Shown: positions 14,901 to 26,587, counted from the stretch's first letter. The stretch is DNA of 64,000 nt from Nemertoderma westbladi (GCA_032718475.1 JAUCBJ010006039.1:1-64000), one strand, 5' to 3'. Made by a program: numbers and translations. The notes: generated by a model from the sequence alone, not told the origin.

Positions 14901-14903
14901 GGC
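5968..14903. repeat. 39-bp satellite array, left part (about 229 units)
   Basis: Unit ATATAATCTACAGTTTTATATTGGGGCCCTTTCGATTAC, with recurring variants (ATGTAATACAC, TCGGGG, TTTGGG) and 36- and 37-bp deletion units. Confidence 0.97.
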
Positions 14904-16119
14904 TTTAAAAGCCTTTGCTGAATTGCCCCGTTATTTTTATTATCTTTTACATTAAAATACTCTGTAGTTGATTTAATAAGTGTAAGAGACCGTATTATTA
15001 CTGTATCGGTGTTTTTAGAGGATCTAAGACTTATTTCCTCCGTATGTGTACTGTGAAAGGTATATTTTATGATTCTATGGCAATTCGTGACGCAAAGGAG
15101 TGATAGCTACTCTTGAACAGTAGTTACTATGACTACGGTTAACAGCTGACATTCATACGTGTTGATTTCCTTTGTTCTACGGCGTCTCTTAGTTCAGTCA
15201 GCCAATGAGAGCGTTTTGTGGCTCCTTGTACAGAGAATTTCCGAGAAATGACGAAATGCCTATGTGCAGTGTTTATCATTCAGTCTTGAGCCAAAGAAAG
15301 AACGGCTTAGAAGTATTTTGTGCTGTACTGCTTTTTAGTCGTACACTAGTAGGTTTAATTATAAAGGGCATATATCCTTTAACGCAACTGACTACGGACC
15401 ATGCACATGCCTATATCTCATTGCTGACATACCGGTACTGATTTGTTGTTTTATACTGCTATTTGCTGTCAGTTCTTCATAATATGGTTGATGAATAATT
15501 ATATTTGGAATAACGATAAATAACCCCGCAACCCAATATTCTTGATATACCGAAGGTAAGAGAGAAAGGTTACCAATAACGATTGTGACTTATGTTAAAG
15601 TGGTTTGAAGTGAATCTAATGTTATTTGATAGACCCTACATGAGTCAGCCTGTGTTCCTTTTATATATGACTAAAATCAGTGAAGATTGGCAGATTAGTG
15701 TGCAGTATTGTGCAGCATTGTGTATGAGTGAGTCTGTTAAAGAAGCAATTCCTAAAGAATGCGCCATATATGTGGATTATAATTAAGCCATATCGTTGTG
15801 AGTAGTTTAAGTCATAACTCTGTTTATGTAGATAAAGCGCCACGTCCTAAAGGAACTGTTAATATTACCGAAGGTGAATAATATTGTCAGAGATTATATA
15901 ATACTGTCAGTCGAATAATACATTAGGCTTACATAGCAATAAAAATTAAACCGTCGAACCCAATCTCCCGGGAATATCCAGCGGGTGAATGGTCGCGCAC
16001 GGATTGGTTTCGACTAGTGTAGTGAATCAAATACTTGTCATAGACTAAAAAGCGATTTATTATCTAGAAGACATTCTAATTTGGCGGGTTAAACTGCCAA
16101 AGGTCTGAAAGCGCGAACA
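14904..16119 (+). repeat. 5' LTR
   Basis: TTTAAAAGCC...GCGCGAACA. Matches 25372-26587; the only difference seen is base 2 (T vs G), and the ORF-track peptides from both copies are identical. Confidence 0.95.
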
Positions 16120-16440
16120 TTAAAGGATATAGCTTCTTATTGCAGTAAGCAATAAAGTTGAAAGTACCGGTCAACCGGTACATCTGTAGGTCAGTAGGCC
16201 CAACCGCTAGAACCGGTACTTCTGTATTCCGTAGGCCTAGCTGTCCTAACCGGTACTTCCGTATAAGTACACTAGTATTATTCGATTTGATAATTATATA
16301 CCGGTAGGTCTTAGTACTTAATCGGGGAACGGCCGCCCTGATTTTTTATTGAGATTTTACTTATTTCTGTCAAGTTTTATTTATTTGTAGGCCAGTATTG
16401 AACAGAAGGCGTGTAAACCTGATCAGATTGTACAGACAAT

Positions 16441-16984
16441 TTGTAGGCTGAGCTGTTGTCTGATTGCTGTTAAGTCCGAACGAATTGCAGTGTGTGTAGA
16501 GCACTTGTCCGATTAAGTACGATTAGGAAGTAGGGGCAGCAACACTGTAAGGTAAACCCCCAACTAAAGAATAAGTCGCACTACTGGGTTAGAGCGCATA
16601 CTCCCTAATCATTTCGGAGTCTGCATGTCCTGTGGTTTATTTAGGCTTGAGAGTAGTCTGCCATCGTTTGGTCTGTACTTTGTTTGTGTAAGTCTGTAAA
16701 GGTAGCGTATAATTTATTTAGATAATTTGTAGGCTGGATAGTTGTCTGGCTGTTATTAGGTCTGAACGGATTGCCGCGTGTGTAGAGCATCTGTCCGATT
16801 AAGTACGATTAGGCAGTAGGGGCAGCGAACGCTGTAAGGTAATCCCCCAACTAAAGAATAAGTCGCACTACTGGGTTAGAGCGCATACTCCCTAATCATT
16901 TCGGAGTCTGCATATACCGTAGTTTGTTTAGGCTTGATAGTAGTCTGTCAGTGTTCGGTCTGTATTTTGTTTGAGTAGTTTGTA
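16441..16984 (+). ncRNA. Two copies (286-bp period) of a ~260-nt predicted structured RNA element in the LTR element's 5' leader
   Basis: Near-identical ~110-nt core. The diverged flanking arms pair in both copies through long G-U-rich stems with consistent or compensatory changes. Pairing was done by hand. Confidence 0.55.
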
Positions 16985-18316
16985 TGCGTAGCGTAATATT
17001 TATTATTCAGAGTTTATGCGATTATTCGCAACATTCAAGTCCCCAAGTTTGTTCCTACAGTAATTGTGTTTGTTATACATACCGTTATAGTTAAATTAAC
17101 CTCGGTACTATACGGGCTGCTCGGCGTAGGTAAAGACTGGTGATTTTGTGCATCGGTCACTCCAGCAGATGCCGTGGTTCTTTTAGCTGTTCAAGTATAT
17201 TTAACTACTGATTATTTGTTGTACAAGTACTCGTACCTAATTTAGGGTTTAGTGTACAGTGCTTTCCTGAAGTAATTATTGTAGGCATTATATTTGTGTT
17301 GTAAAGTGGTTAATAGGCACATTGGATAGCTCTATTAACTTCTAGGTAGGGACACTCCGTGATACATAACGTAGAACCTATAGCGATACGGCTATAGGTC
17401 GTCAGGCGGTGGTATTTTCCTATCTAGACAACGCAGTGTATTTACTACTACTTATTATTTCAAATACCGTAATACCCTGTCCGTGTAATAATCAGTTTTC
17501 TAACCCTTTGTTAGACTGGTTTGTAGACTTCTTGTAAAATTACCCTAAAAATTCGTATTTGTGTTTTTTTTGTAAATTTTTGTGTTTATTTAGAGATTGT
17601 AATCTCAACCCGATTTGTACGTAATTAGTAGTATTAAGTAACTTAGGTAAATTAGTATTATTTGTTTTAGTGTCCTGTACGTAACACTTCACTGAAAGCG
17701 TACCGCTTTGTGTAGTGATTACTCCCCAGAAATAATAACATTTATTTCTAACATTGACAAAACCCATTAAAAAGGGTATATATATATTATAAATCAAATC
17801 TAACGATTTATAAATCGTAGGCCTACCATACAACCATTAGGTCTCAATATCAGTTGGATTACTGCTCAAATAACGGTAATAAAGTAAGTAAAGTCACAAA
17901 GTAACCCTAAAGTAACAGAAATTCAATTATTTGAAATAATTGATATACCGGTATTTACGATAGGCCTATTATCTTTATTTCTATAAATCTAGGCTGAAAT
18001 TATACCGGTACGTGTAATTAATTCTATTTCAGAATTATATATACTACAAACTGTAAGCTGTATACCGGTATTCCGATAGGCCTATTATATTTTTATATAT
18101 ATTTGTGCTAAAATTATACCGGTATTCTGTGATAAACCTAGTCTGTAATAATAGTTATATATACTATAAGCATACCGGTATTCTAATATATTATATATAT
18201 CACGCTACACTGAGTAACAGTACCGGTAATTAATTACTAGGCTAGCAGTTAATACTGAGTTATTAGACTTACTCAGACTGTAATACAGCAGTAGACATTC
18301 AACGGTATACATAGTC

Positions 18317-21300
18317 ATGTCTGATACTAAGCAGAACCTGTCAGACAGTCTACTAGATACAACGGAGAGTGAAGCGACAGCAGAGAAACCGCATAAGAGG
18401 GATGCCATTGATATCTATCTGTCAGACTATCAACGTTTTTTAGGTGATGACGAATTGAGGAGAAGGTTAGAGGGACTTAACCCTAATAGCGAAGGAGCCA
18501 AGTTTGTGTTGGACGCAATAGATGCGGAAATGTTGGCAGCGAATAGAGCGGAAGTTGATGAAAGAATCCGCATCGTTAGAGAATGGGAACAACAGTTGAA
18601 GAAAAAACAGATAGAAGACAGAAAGACAGCAGCAATAGCAGCGGCAAGGGCAAAAGCGGCAGCAGCAGAAGCAGAGGCAAAGGCAAAAGCAGCAGCAGCA
18701 GAAGCAGAGGCAAAGGCAAAAGCAGCAGCGGCAATGGCAGTGGCAGAAGCGGAACGGAGGGCATCTGAAGAAAAGGTCCAACTAGAGTTGGAGAATCTTC
18801 AAGAGGCGCACGATTACTTAAATAAGCAGATAACGGCTAGTGATATGCAGCTGATAAGTCGGACTACTTCCAAGAGACAGGGATTTACATCCTCTGATGA
18901 AGGAGATACAACAGATCCTGAAGGCAGAAGAAATAAATCTCGTTATAACGGACGTAGAAGGGCGCTACATCGGCAGAAATTGCCTGATTTGCCTCCAGCT
19001 GTTAGAAGGCAACTAAATAGCACCAACTTAGGCAGTACAGAACCCACAGACCAAATAATTAAAATAGAAAGACTCCCTACTATAGTAGATGAGCCTGAAA
19101 TAAGTAGGCCTGTTCTTGAAATCACCCCTTCGGTGATAGACATACCTGTGCTCCCTGAGACTACCTATAAATTCCCTCTACATAGCACTAAGTTACCTGT
19201 GCCCCGTAGAACTGCCCGAGAGACAGTTCAGGTCCTGGACCCCGAGCGAAATATTCACAATTTGTCGCCCGTTGTCCCTCGTCCGCCCGCTACAACGTTG
19301 GCGACTCCCGCTTCGGCGGTCGAATGGGTGGACAGGGGACGGCGGGGGATGGATATCCTGCTCGGGCAGATGCAGGAGACTGTCCAGCAATTCAAGGGCA
19401 CAGTAAGGGAAAGTAGGTTAGAGTTGCAAGAAGTGCAGCAAAGTATCGCGCTTGAACGCGACAAATTAGTAAACACCCAAAAGGGTATACCACCACCCTC
19501 TGTAACAATGTGTCAACCTGTTAGGTCTGAAGTATTGCATGCGCAAGGTGTGGAGCCTACACGCATATATACTGCTAGCGAAGTAGAAACTCCTATAGTG
19601 AACCCTATTAAGGGTAATTATAGACCTGTTGATAATGATATTCCCTATAGAACTGATCATAATCCGAGAAATTTATATACCGATAACTCGATATTAAATA
19701 GCACAATGGCCCAAGAAAGTTTTACGCGTCAAATGGCTAGAACCGAAGCTCGGCAAGCGGTAAAGGTTGGAGAGATCGTCAAGTTCAATGGAGATGAGAT
19801 GAAATGGTTACCTTTTAATGAATATTACAAAGATAACATACAGAACTCTGTACTATCTAATGGAGAAAAACTTAGATACCTCATCGAGTGCTTGGAAGGA
19901 TCTCCCAAGTTAATGGCGTTAAAGTTTATTGGACATCCAGACGGATTAAGACAAGTTTGGGATACACTAAACATCAGGTATGGTAATAGGACTAACATAG
20001 CTAGGTATTTATATGCGAAATTAATGGCGCCCCGAAAGTTTCTTAGCAGCGGGATTATAGAGTTTTCCGACGAGATTCAGGAGATCTGTAGACAACTAGA
20101 TTGGTTAGGTAAGTCTCATGAATACCAGAATTCTATGGTTGTAGGAGCCCTAGCATCTACTTTGCCCAAGGGTGGAGTAGGTACACGCTGGGATAAGAAG
20201 GTGTTATATATGATGGAACAACAACGACGAGACCCTACCATGACTGATCTCATGTCATTCTTAGATAGAGAAGTGAAATTACAGCTCCTAAGGCAGTCCA
20301 GAGAGAAGACATTGGAAAACAAGGTAAGTGAGAAACCCGTTTCTAGGAGAAGGGTAACACCAGTATGTTATACCGACGACGGTGAAAGCCAAACCTCTCA
20401 AGGAGAGGACAGCGAGAAAGACACTGACAGGCCTTATTATGTCAATAAAATGCCTAAAGAACAGGTAAGTAAATCCAAGTCTCGACCCAATGACAGAAGG
20501 GAACCGGTACAAAAAACCCCTCCTACGTCTCCTAAAGGAATTCAGGTGAGAAAGCCCGAGGAAAGAACAAGTGTGCACCACATAGCACAGGTTAAAGTAA
20601 GTAACATCAAGCCAAAATGTGCGCTGTGCGACGGGCCCCACCGTTTAAATGCGTGTGATAAATTCCTGAGGAAATCACTAAAGGATAGACGTGAAGTCAT
20701 GTGGGATAAGCGGTTGTGTTATAATTGCCTCAGACGAGGACACCAACGGCGAACCTGTAACTCCGACGCAAGGTGTGCAAAGTGCGGCGCAAAACATCAT
20801 ATCTTGTTGCACACGGAATTCGAACGAAACAGCCCGAGTCAGGTAAGGGAGTCCGAACTACATGTCCAATTCAGTGATGTGAACGACACTGATCAATCTG
20901 AGATGGAAGGATTCTATACGGACGAGTTCTCCGACCAAAACGAATCCTGTTACCTAATAAACACCACCGCAGTGTATCGAGCACTCGTACATGAGAAAGA
21001 CACAGACAGCGACCTTACCTTAACTACTTCCGATCAACAACCATCTTGGAAAGCGCCAACTTCCAATATAGGAATCCGAGAGTTTCCTGTGGTGCAGGTA
21101 AGGGTGCACGGACCTAAACGGAGTTATGTAGTGAACGCCCTCCTGGACTCCGGCAGCACAGGAACATTCATCGATAAAGAGTTAGCCGAAGATATATTTG
21201 CTGGACAACCCAAGTTCCAAACTAAGCTCAACATGTCAGGCATTATGCAAGTTTGGAAATCTACGATAACAGCTGATTATTATGTCGGAGCGTTGTCCAC

Positions 21301-22357
21301 CCCCCAGGACGAACTAGGAGAACACAGCATCAGGTCAGTGAAAATGGTGGCTATAAAGAACTTCGCTACTACTCAAGCAGACCTTTATAATTGGGACGAG
21401 GATGAGAGCATCCAACATCTTAACATACCTCGATTCCAGACTGATTATCCTGGAGTGCAAATACTCATCGGCCAAAACGCGCATGAGGCGCTGGAGACAT
21501 TAGAGAAACGGCCTGCTCAACCGCAGCCCCTACAGACCTATGCGGTAAGAACTAGAGTAGGTTGGTACCTTACTGGACCTTCCCGTAGAACGCTCAGGGA
21601 AAGACTGCTTCAAGATCGTGTCTGCCAGGTGAGTGAATGGGAAGACGATACTAGTGAGGGAGACGACCCAACTGAGGGAACACCACACTCCTCAGATAAT
21701 GACAATCTTAGCTCCAATGTAGATCAATGGAGATATTGCCCCAAGAAGTTTAATCCAACGGACATCGCTTCCAGAGGAGCAACTCCTCAAGAACTGACAG
21801 ATACTATAGACCGGTTAGGTGAACCCGACTTCCTGAGTAAGGAGAATGAATGGCCTCCCCATCTTACTCCGACTGAGATTAGACCAGCCAAGGGAGCGGA
21901 GAAAGTCGAACCTGAAACCCGGACGGGTGGATCGGAGTTATTTGAACCCGGGATAGATCTGTCGGTATTACATGTTGCCAGGGACGACGCCGTGGATCTG
22001 GACCTCCCCTCCGCGAGTGGATCCTTCATGAAGATCAGAGAGAGCGATTGGAGCTCTGGAACATCAGACGTCTCGCAGGGACTCTCACCTCTCCTGCAGA
22101 GAGCGACGGACCACTATAGCTCCTGGAATCGGCTTTGTGACGCCGTCATACACTTTGAGCGATGTTTCTATCGTCACTATTCCAGGACGAAGAGGAAACC
22201 TGGAATTGTATTCAGGATGCAGCGACTCAATCACCCAGTCGGTCGTTTGTGTTTATCGGAAGGGAATGGAGGACTCTCCGGAAACTGTGGAAGGCAAGAT
22301 TCTCTTCCCACGACCACCTCCCTAATCCTTCAAACATCTAGGGACTCCATAACGTAA
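18317..22357 (+). CDS. BEL/Pao gag-protease polyprotein with in-frame loss of RT, a residual RNase H C-terminus and no integrase
   Basis: DUF1759-like gag (KFNGDEMKWLPF...EKLRYLIECLEG); three BEL zinc knuckles CALCDGPHRLNAC, CYNCLRRGHQRRTC, CAKCGAKHHILLH; protease ALLDSGS; AVRTRVGWYLTGP. It then jumps to QWRYCPKKFNPTDIASRG...PDFL...EWP and YSSWNRL. No YVDD and no integrase motifs. Confidence 0.9.
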   Translation: MSDTKQNLSDSLLDTTESEATAEKPHKRDAIDIYLSDYQRFLGDDELRRRLEGLNPNSEGAKFVLDAIDAEMLAANRAEVDERIRIVREWEQQLKKKQIEDRKTAAIAAARAKAAAAEAEAKAKAAAAEAEAKAKAAAAMAVAEAERRASEEKVQLELENLQEAHDYLNKQITASDMQLISRTTSKRQGFTSSDEGDTTDPEGRRNKSRYNGRRRALHRQKLPDLPPAVRRQLNSTNLGSTEPTDQIIKIERLPTIVDEPEISRPVLEITPSVIDIPVLPETTYKFPLHSTKLPVPRRTARETVQVLDPERNIHNLSPVVPRPPATTLATPASAVEWVDRGRRGMDILLGQMQETVQQFKGTVRESRLELQEVQQSIALERDKLVNTQKGIPPPSVTMCQPVRSEVLHAQGVEPTRIYTASEVETPIVNPIKGNYRPVDNDIPYRTDHNPRNLYTDNSILNSTMAQESFTRQMARTEARQAVKVGEIVKFNGDEMKWLPFNEYYKDNIQNSVLSNGEKLRYLIECLEGSPKLMALKFIGHPDGLRQVWDTLNIRYGNRTNIARYLYAKLMAPRKFLSSGIIEFSDEIQEICRQLDWLGKSHEYQNSMVVGALASTLPKGGVGTRWDKKVLYMMEQQRRDPTMTDLMSFLDREVKLQLLRQSREKTLENKVSEKPVSRRRVTPVCYTDDGESQTSQGEDSEKDTDRPYYVNKMPKEQVSKSKSRPNDRREPVQKTPPTSPKGIQVRKPEERTSVHHIAQVKVSNIKPKCALCDGPHRLNACDKFLRKSLKDRREVMWDKRLCYNCLRRGHQRRTCNSDARCAKCGAKHHILLHTEFERNSPSQVRESELHVQFSDVNDTDQSEMEGFYTDEFSDQNESCYLINTTAVYRALVHEKDTDSDLTLTTSDQQPSWKAPTSNIGIREFPVVQVRVHGPKRSYVVNALLDSGSTGTFIDKELAEDIFAGQPKFQTKLNMSGIMQVWKSTITADYYVGALSTPQDELGEHSIRSVKMVAIKNFATTQADLYNWDEDESIQHLNIPRFQTDYPGVQILIGQNAHEALETLEKRPAQPQPLQTYAVRTRVGWYLTGPSRRTLRERLLQDRVCQVSEWEDDTSEGDDPTEGTPHSSDNDNLSSNVDQWRYCPKKFNPTDIASRGATPQELTDTIDRLGEPDFLSKENEWPPHLTPTEIRPAKGAEKVEPETRTGGSELFEPGIDLSVLHVARDDAVDLDLPSASGSFMKIRESDWSSGTSDVSQGLSPLLQRATDHYSSWNRLCDAVIHFERCFYRHYSRTKRKPGIVFRMQRLNHPVGRLCLSEGNGGLSGNCGRQDSLPTTTSLILQTSRDSIT

Positions 22358-22904
22358 CAACATATGGAGTGGGTGTGTGACTCTATTATTTTATATTATT
22401 ATTATTATTTTTATATTTATGTATGTATTACTATGTAATTTTATTATAATCGTTTTATTTAATTTAGTAGAATATTATTTAGCGATTATTTTGTAGAATA
22501 GTGCAATATATTCGTGTTTATTACGTACGTCATTACTTATATTATATTTAGTGCGACGGCGAAGAGATAATTATTTTTTCTCTTTCCTTACTGTCCGTAT
22601 TATATTATAAATACGTAACTACAGTAAGATGAAATGTCTGTACTTATTAAAGTACAATAAAGCCACTACTATATTTAAGTATTATTGGTAGGCAGAGTAT
22701 TAGGAATGCAAAGTTCAGATCCTCGTGTCTCGGCTAAACCAAGCTCTGGGTAGACCTTGGAAACGACTTGCCTCTTCACACTGACATTGCTTCGTGCGAT
22801 ATTGCTCTCATACCGTATATTAAATAATACATATAGTAGCGTGATGTCCCTTTAACAGTAGCGTATAACGCAAAATAAATCTGTTAAACCCTTTGACCAT
22901 CTGT

Positions 22905-23195
22905 AATTCTAGTCGATTAAGATATCGCGGCACCCACCGATATACTTGAAAGACAAATTCTAGAATCAGTGGTTAACGTCCCCAGACAAGTTCTGGAATA
23001 AATCGGTGCCCATCTCAAATATTAATTAGTTAATATTTACAAATCAAATAAGTCAAAATCTGTAAAATTCAGATCCTTCAGCAATTCTAGTCAATTAAGA
23101 TATCGTAGCATTTACCGATATTCTTAAAAAGACAATTGTCATAGAATTAAGGATCTTGTGTCCCTAGACATGTTCTAGAATCAAAATATGTCCAT
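22905..23195. repeat. Diverged direct repeat (about 178-bp period), each copy a hairpin
   Basis: ATTCTAGTC..TTAAG-ATATCG...CGATAT-CTT(G/A)A..GAC..TAGAAT at 22905-22966 and 23083-23147. Confidence 0.7.
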
Positions 23196-24007
23196 TTAAT
23201 TATCAAATAATAAAATTTCAGGGAATAAATTTAAATTCATGCCTTCTAATGAGTTTAATAAATTGCCATTTTTACGCAATTTATAAAGTTCCCAAAATTC
23301 CATTAATTAATAGATCAAGGGAGCGGAGATTTATCTTATTATGCATATGAGTGTGCGAAAGTCTCCCAAACATAGTCAATAGCCGATAAAATTCATAAAG
23401 TCATGTATAAAACAGAACATTGACTATTAAAGAATACTATTAAATAACATCCCAGATCTGTATGCATTGGAATCACCCTAATTCTACCGCTAGCTTTGCA
23501 TAATGTCACCATAGCAACAACCACGCTAGAATTAGAATTGAGTTAAAAGAACAATAGAAAGCTTGTCCCATTGAATAGCATAGGGAATAAATAGCGCACT
23601 ACTAGTATCCAAGGATACATAATAATACAGTGACATTCTGGAAGGCATTGACTAACGGACAAGTGACCCTAGTGTGTGTAATTGGTGACAAGTTGTGTGT
23701 GTGGTACTTGTGAGTTTATAGGCGAATGTTACTACTAAGGTGTGTTTACAGTAGCCAGTCGCAATCGTAAAGTAACCTAACTCTCCAAGGAAAACCTGAA
23801 GTACATCTAAGACTTTGGGACGGACAGTTGAGTGACTTGTGCCGGTTGTCGTTGTCGTTGTGCGGCTACGTCGTTGGCGAAAGTACAGCGGCGACACATC
23901 GGCGCTGAGGATCTCGTACTGTCCGGGGGTTGATTGGGGTAGGCGGCGACGCCCGCTCGCCTAAATGTGGACTCATTATAATATGGATAAACTCACATAT
24001 AGCAGAT

Positions 24008-24313
24008 ATGACGGAGTTGATAGAAGATGGTCTTAGTATCGGGGAGCGATATACTCTACCTTTACAAGCGTTTGTCGATAGCTTGATATGCGGCGACGCT
24101 GATCCAACTACTACGGAGGACGATGGTCGTTATATCGAACCGCCAATGTCCCAGGAGCAACTTACGCGTGAATTGGATTATAGAAAGTTCACTGCTCGAT
24201 ACACGCATCGTAATGGTACGTATATGGACTTCTTGACCACTGGTCATCCTATCGATTTACATAATACGGACTATGTCGACTATATATCCTGCCCAGCGGA
24301 GTCGGAACCATAA
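24008..24313 (+). CDS. Hypothetical ~100-aa orphan ORF in the 3' region of the LTR element
   Basis: ATG-started portion (MTELIEDG...) of ORF 23930-24313; protein-like composition but no recognised motif. Confidence 0.25.
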   Translation: MTELIEDGLSIGERYTLPLQAFVDSLICGDADPTTTEDDGRYIEPPMSQEQLTRELDYRKFTARYTHRNGTYMDFLTTGHPIDLHNTDYVDYISCPAESEP

Positions 24314-25371
24314 ACTGAAATTCGAATGCGAAAATTCTATTCGAAATCGACTCGAAAGAAAAGACACTAAAGAAACAAATAAACGCGGTAACTCCAACGT
24401 ATATTTAGAATTCTTGATAGAAGCATTGTAACAACAAATAAATATCACCCGCGTTTTCCCTACCAGACGTGCGTCTTTGGTATTATTACGAAAAATGCCC
24501 TAGATCCAGCCCATAAACGGAAAGACATAAACATCCACGTAAACCGAAACTTGTTGACGTATCACCTATGCTCACTCGGCTCGAACGATCCTGGAGTAAA
24601 CCTACGATCAGAGTCCCGGAATACTCGGTCAAACCTCCTCATTCCTTAGTTGGACCTCAGACCTGCGATCTTGGTGGTGTCGCGGATCCTCGCGGACTGT
24701 ATTCACTGTTCAAAGATCTAGTGCTACCCTAACAATTAATCGGTAACACTCCGACAGTGATTTCTAGCTAGCCGCCCATCTTACCTAGCCGGATTGTGAC
24801 GCGGACACCTAATATCACTACCCAACCGTATGGTCGTCCACGTTTAACGCGATACAACCCCTCATCAAGGTGAAGGAGAGCGTTGTACGAAACGAGTTAA
24901 ACGCTATTTTATAAAGATCAAAAAGGAAACCTGCGTTTGTTCAGATAAACGTAAGTTATAACAGTGAGTCCAATCGATACCCGAATTGGCCTTATCTCAA
25001 TTCGATTGGGAACTCCAGAATCTCTAAGAAGTTATCGAACTTGGACAATCCTATTCTCTGCGAGAGTTTTTGGATGAACGTATCCAGCTACGAGCGGAGG
25101 AAAATCAGCTCGAGGAGAAGCATATCGAAACGGCAGATACCTCGACCACAATCCTACACCTTCTGATGCAATCATATTGCACCCTTCACCCAGGAGTTAT
25201 GGCCCTCCTAGTAAAGTGGCTCCCCCCAAAGAGAAAAGGACTCTTGCTAATCTTAAGAAACTGCGTAAACGCCGTCCGCGCAAGAAAGACTAACTGTTTA
25301 GAGTATCTTTGTGTTTTAGAAACTGTGATTTTTATATTTTATAGACTGAAAATCCCATTTTCTGGGAGCGG

Positions 25372-26587
25372 TGTAAAAGCCTTTGCTGAATTGCCCCGTT
25401 ATTTTTATTATCTTTTACATTAAAATACTCTGTAGTTGATTTAATAAGTGTAAGAGACCGTATTATTACTGTATCGGTGTTTTTAGAGGATCTAAGACTT
25501 ATTTCCTCCGTATGTGTACTGTGAAAGGTATATTTTATGATTCTATGGCAATTCGTGACGCAAAGGAGTGATAGCTACTCTTGAACAGTAGTTACTATGA
25601 CTACGGTTAACAGCTGACATTCATACGTGTTGATTTCCTTTGTTCTACGGCGTCTCTTAGTTCAGTCAGCCAATGAGAGCGTTTTGTGGCTCCTTGTACA
25701 GAGAATTTCCGAGAAATGACGAAATGCCTATGTGCAGTGTTTATCATTCAGTCTTGAGCCAAAGAAAGAACGGCTTAGAAGTATTTTGTGCTGTACTGCT
25801 TTTTAGTCGTACACTAGTAGGTTTAATTATAAAGGGCATATATCCTTTAACGCAACTGACTACGGACCATGCACATGCCTATATCTCATTGCTGACATAC
25901 CGGTACTGATTTGTTGTTTTATACTGCTATTTGCTGTCAGTTCTTCATAATATGGTTGATGAATAATTATATTTGGAATAACGATAAATAACCCCGCAAC
26001 CCAATATTCTTGATATACCGAAGGTAAGAGAGAAAGGTTACCAATAACGATTGTGACTTATGTTAAAGTGGTTTGAAGTGAATCTAATGTTATTTGATAG
26101 ACCCTACATGAGTCAGCCTGTGTTCCTTTTATATATGACTAAAATCAGTGAAGATTGGCAGATTAGTGTGCAGTATTGTGCAGCATTGTGTATGAGTGAG
26201 TCTGTTAAAGAAGCAATTCCTAAAGAATGCGCCATATATGTGGATTATAATTAAGCCATATCGTTGTGAGTAGTTTAAGTCATAACTCTGTTTATGTAGA
26301 TAAAGCGCCACGTCCTAAAGGAACTGTTAATATTACCGAAGGTGAATAATATTGTCAGAGATTATATAATACTGTCAGTCGAATAATACATTAGGCTTAC
26401 ATAGCAATAAAAATTAAACCGTCGAACCCAATCTCCCGGGAATATCCAGCGGGTGAATGGTCGCGCACGGATTGGTTTCGACTAGTGTAGTGAATCAAAT
26501 ACTTGTCATAGACTAAAAAGCGATTTATTATCTAGAAGACATTCTAATTTGGCGGGTTAAACTGCCAAAGGTCTGAAAGCGCGAACA
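25372..26587 (+). repeat. 3' LTR
   Basis: TGTAAAAGCC...GCGCGAACA with canonical TG...CA ends. Confidence 0.95.

Larger units (their letters stand above)
14904..26587 (+). mobile_element. BEL/Pao LTR retrotransposon, non-autonomous (gag-protease only)
   Basis: Two 1216-bp LTRs offset by 10468 bp; 5-bp TSD GGGGC (14899-14903 and 26588-26592); BEL-type gag and protease ORF; purine-rich GGGAGCGG just before the 3' LTR. Confidence 0.93.

Noticed and set aside
4026-14955. Very long ORFs (2213, 1019, 809, 637 aa and others) across the 42- and 39-bp arrays, next to an RT
   Set aside because: Unit lengths are multiples of 3 and several frames are open at once. Frame-shifting deletion units are tolerated and the adjacent RTs are LINE fragments, so there is no evidence of translation or of an RT-made endless-ORF system.
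15205-15843. Small ORFs duplicated at 25673-26311
   Set aside because: Incidental ORFs inside the two LTRs.
23930-25423. env gene in the BEL element
   Set aside because: No long ORF, signal peptide, furin site or transmembrane anchor is visible.
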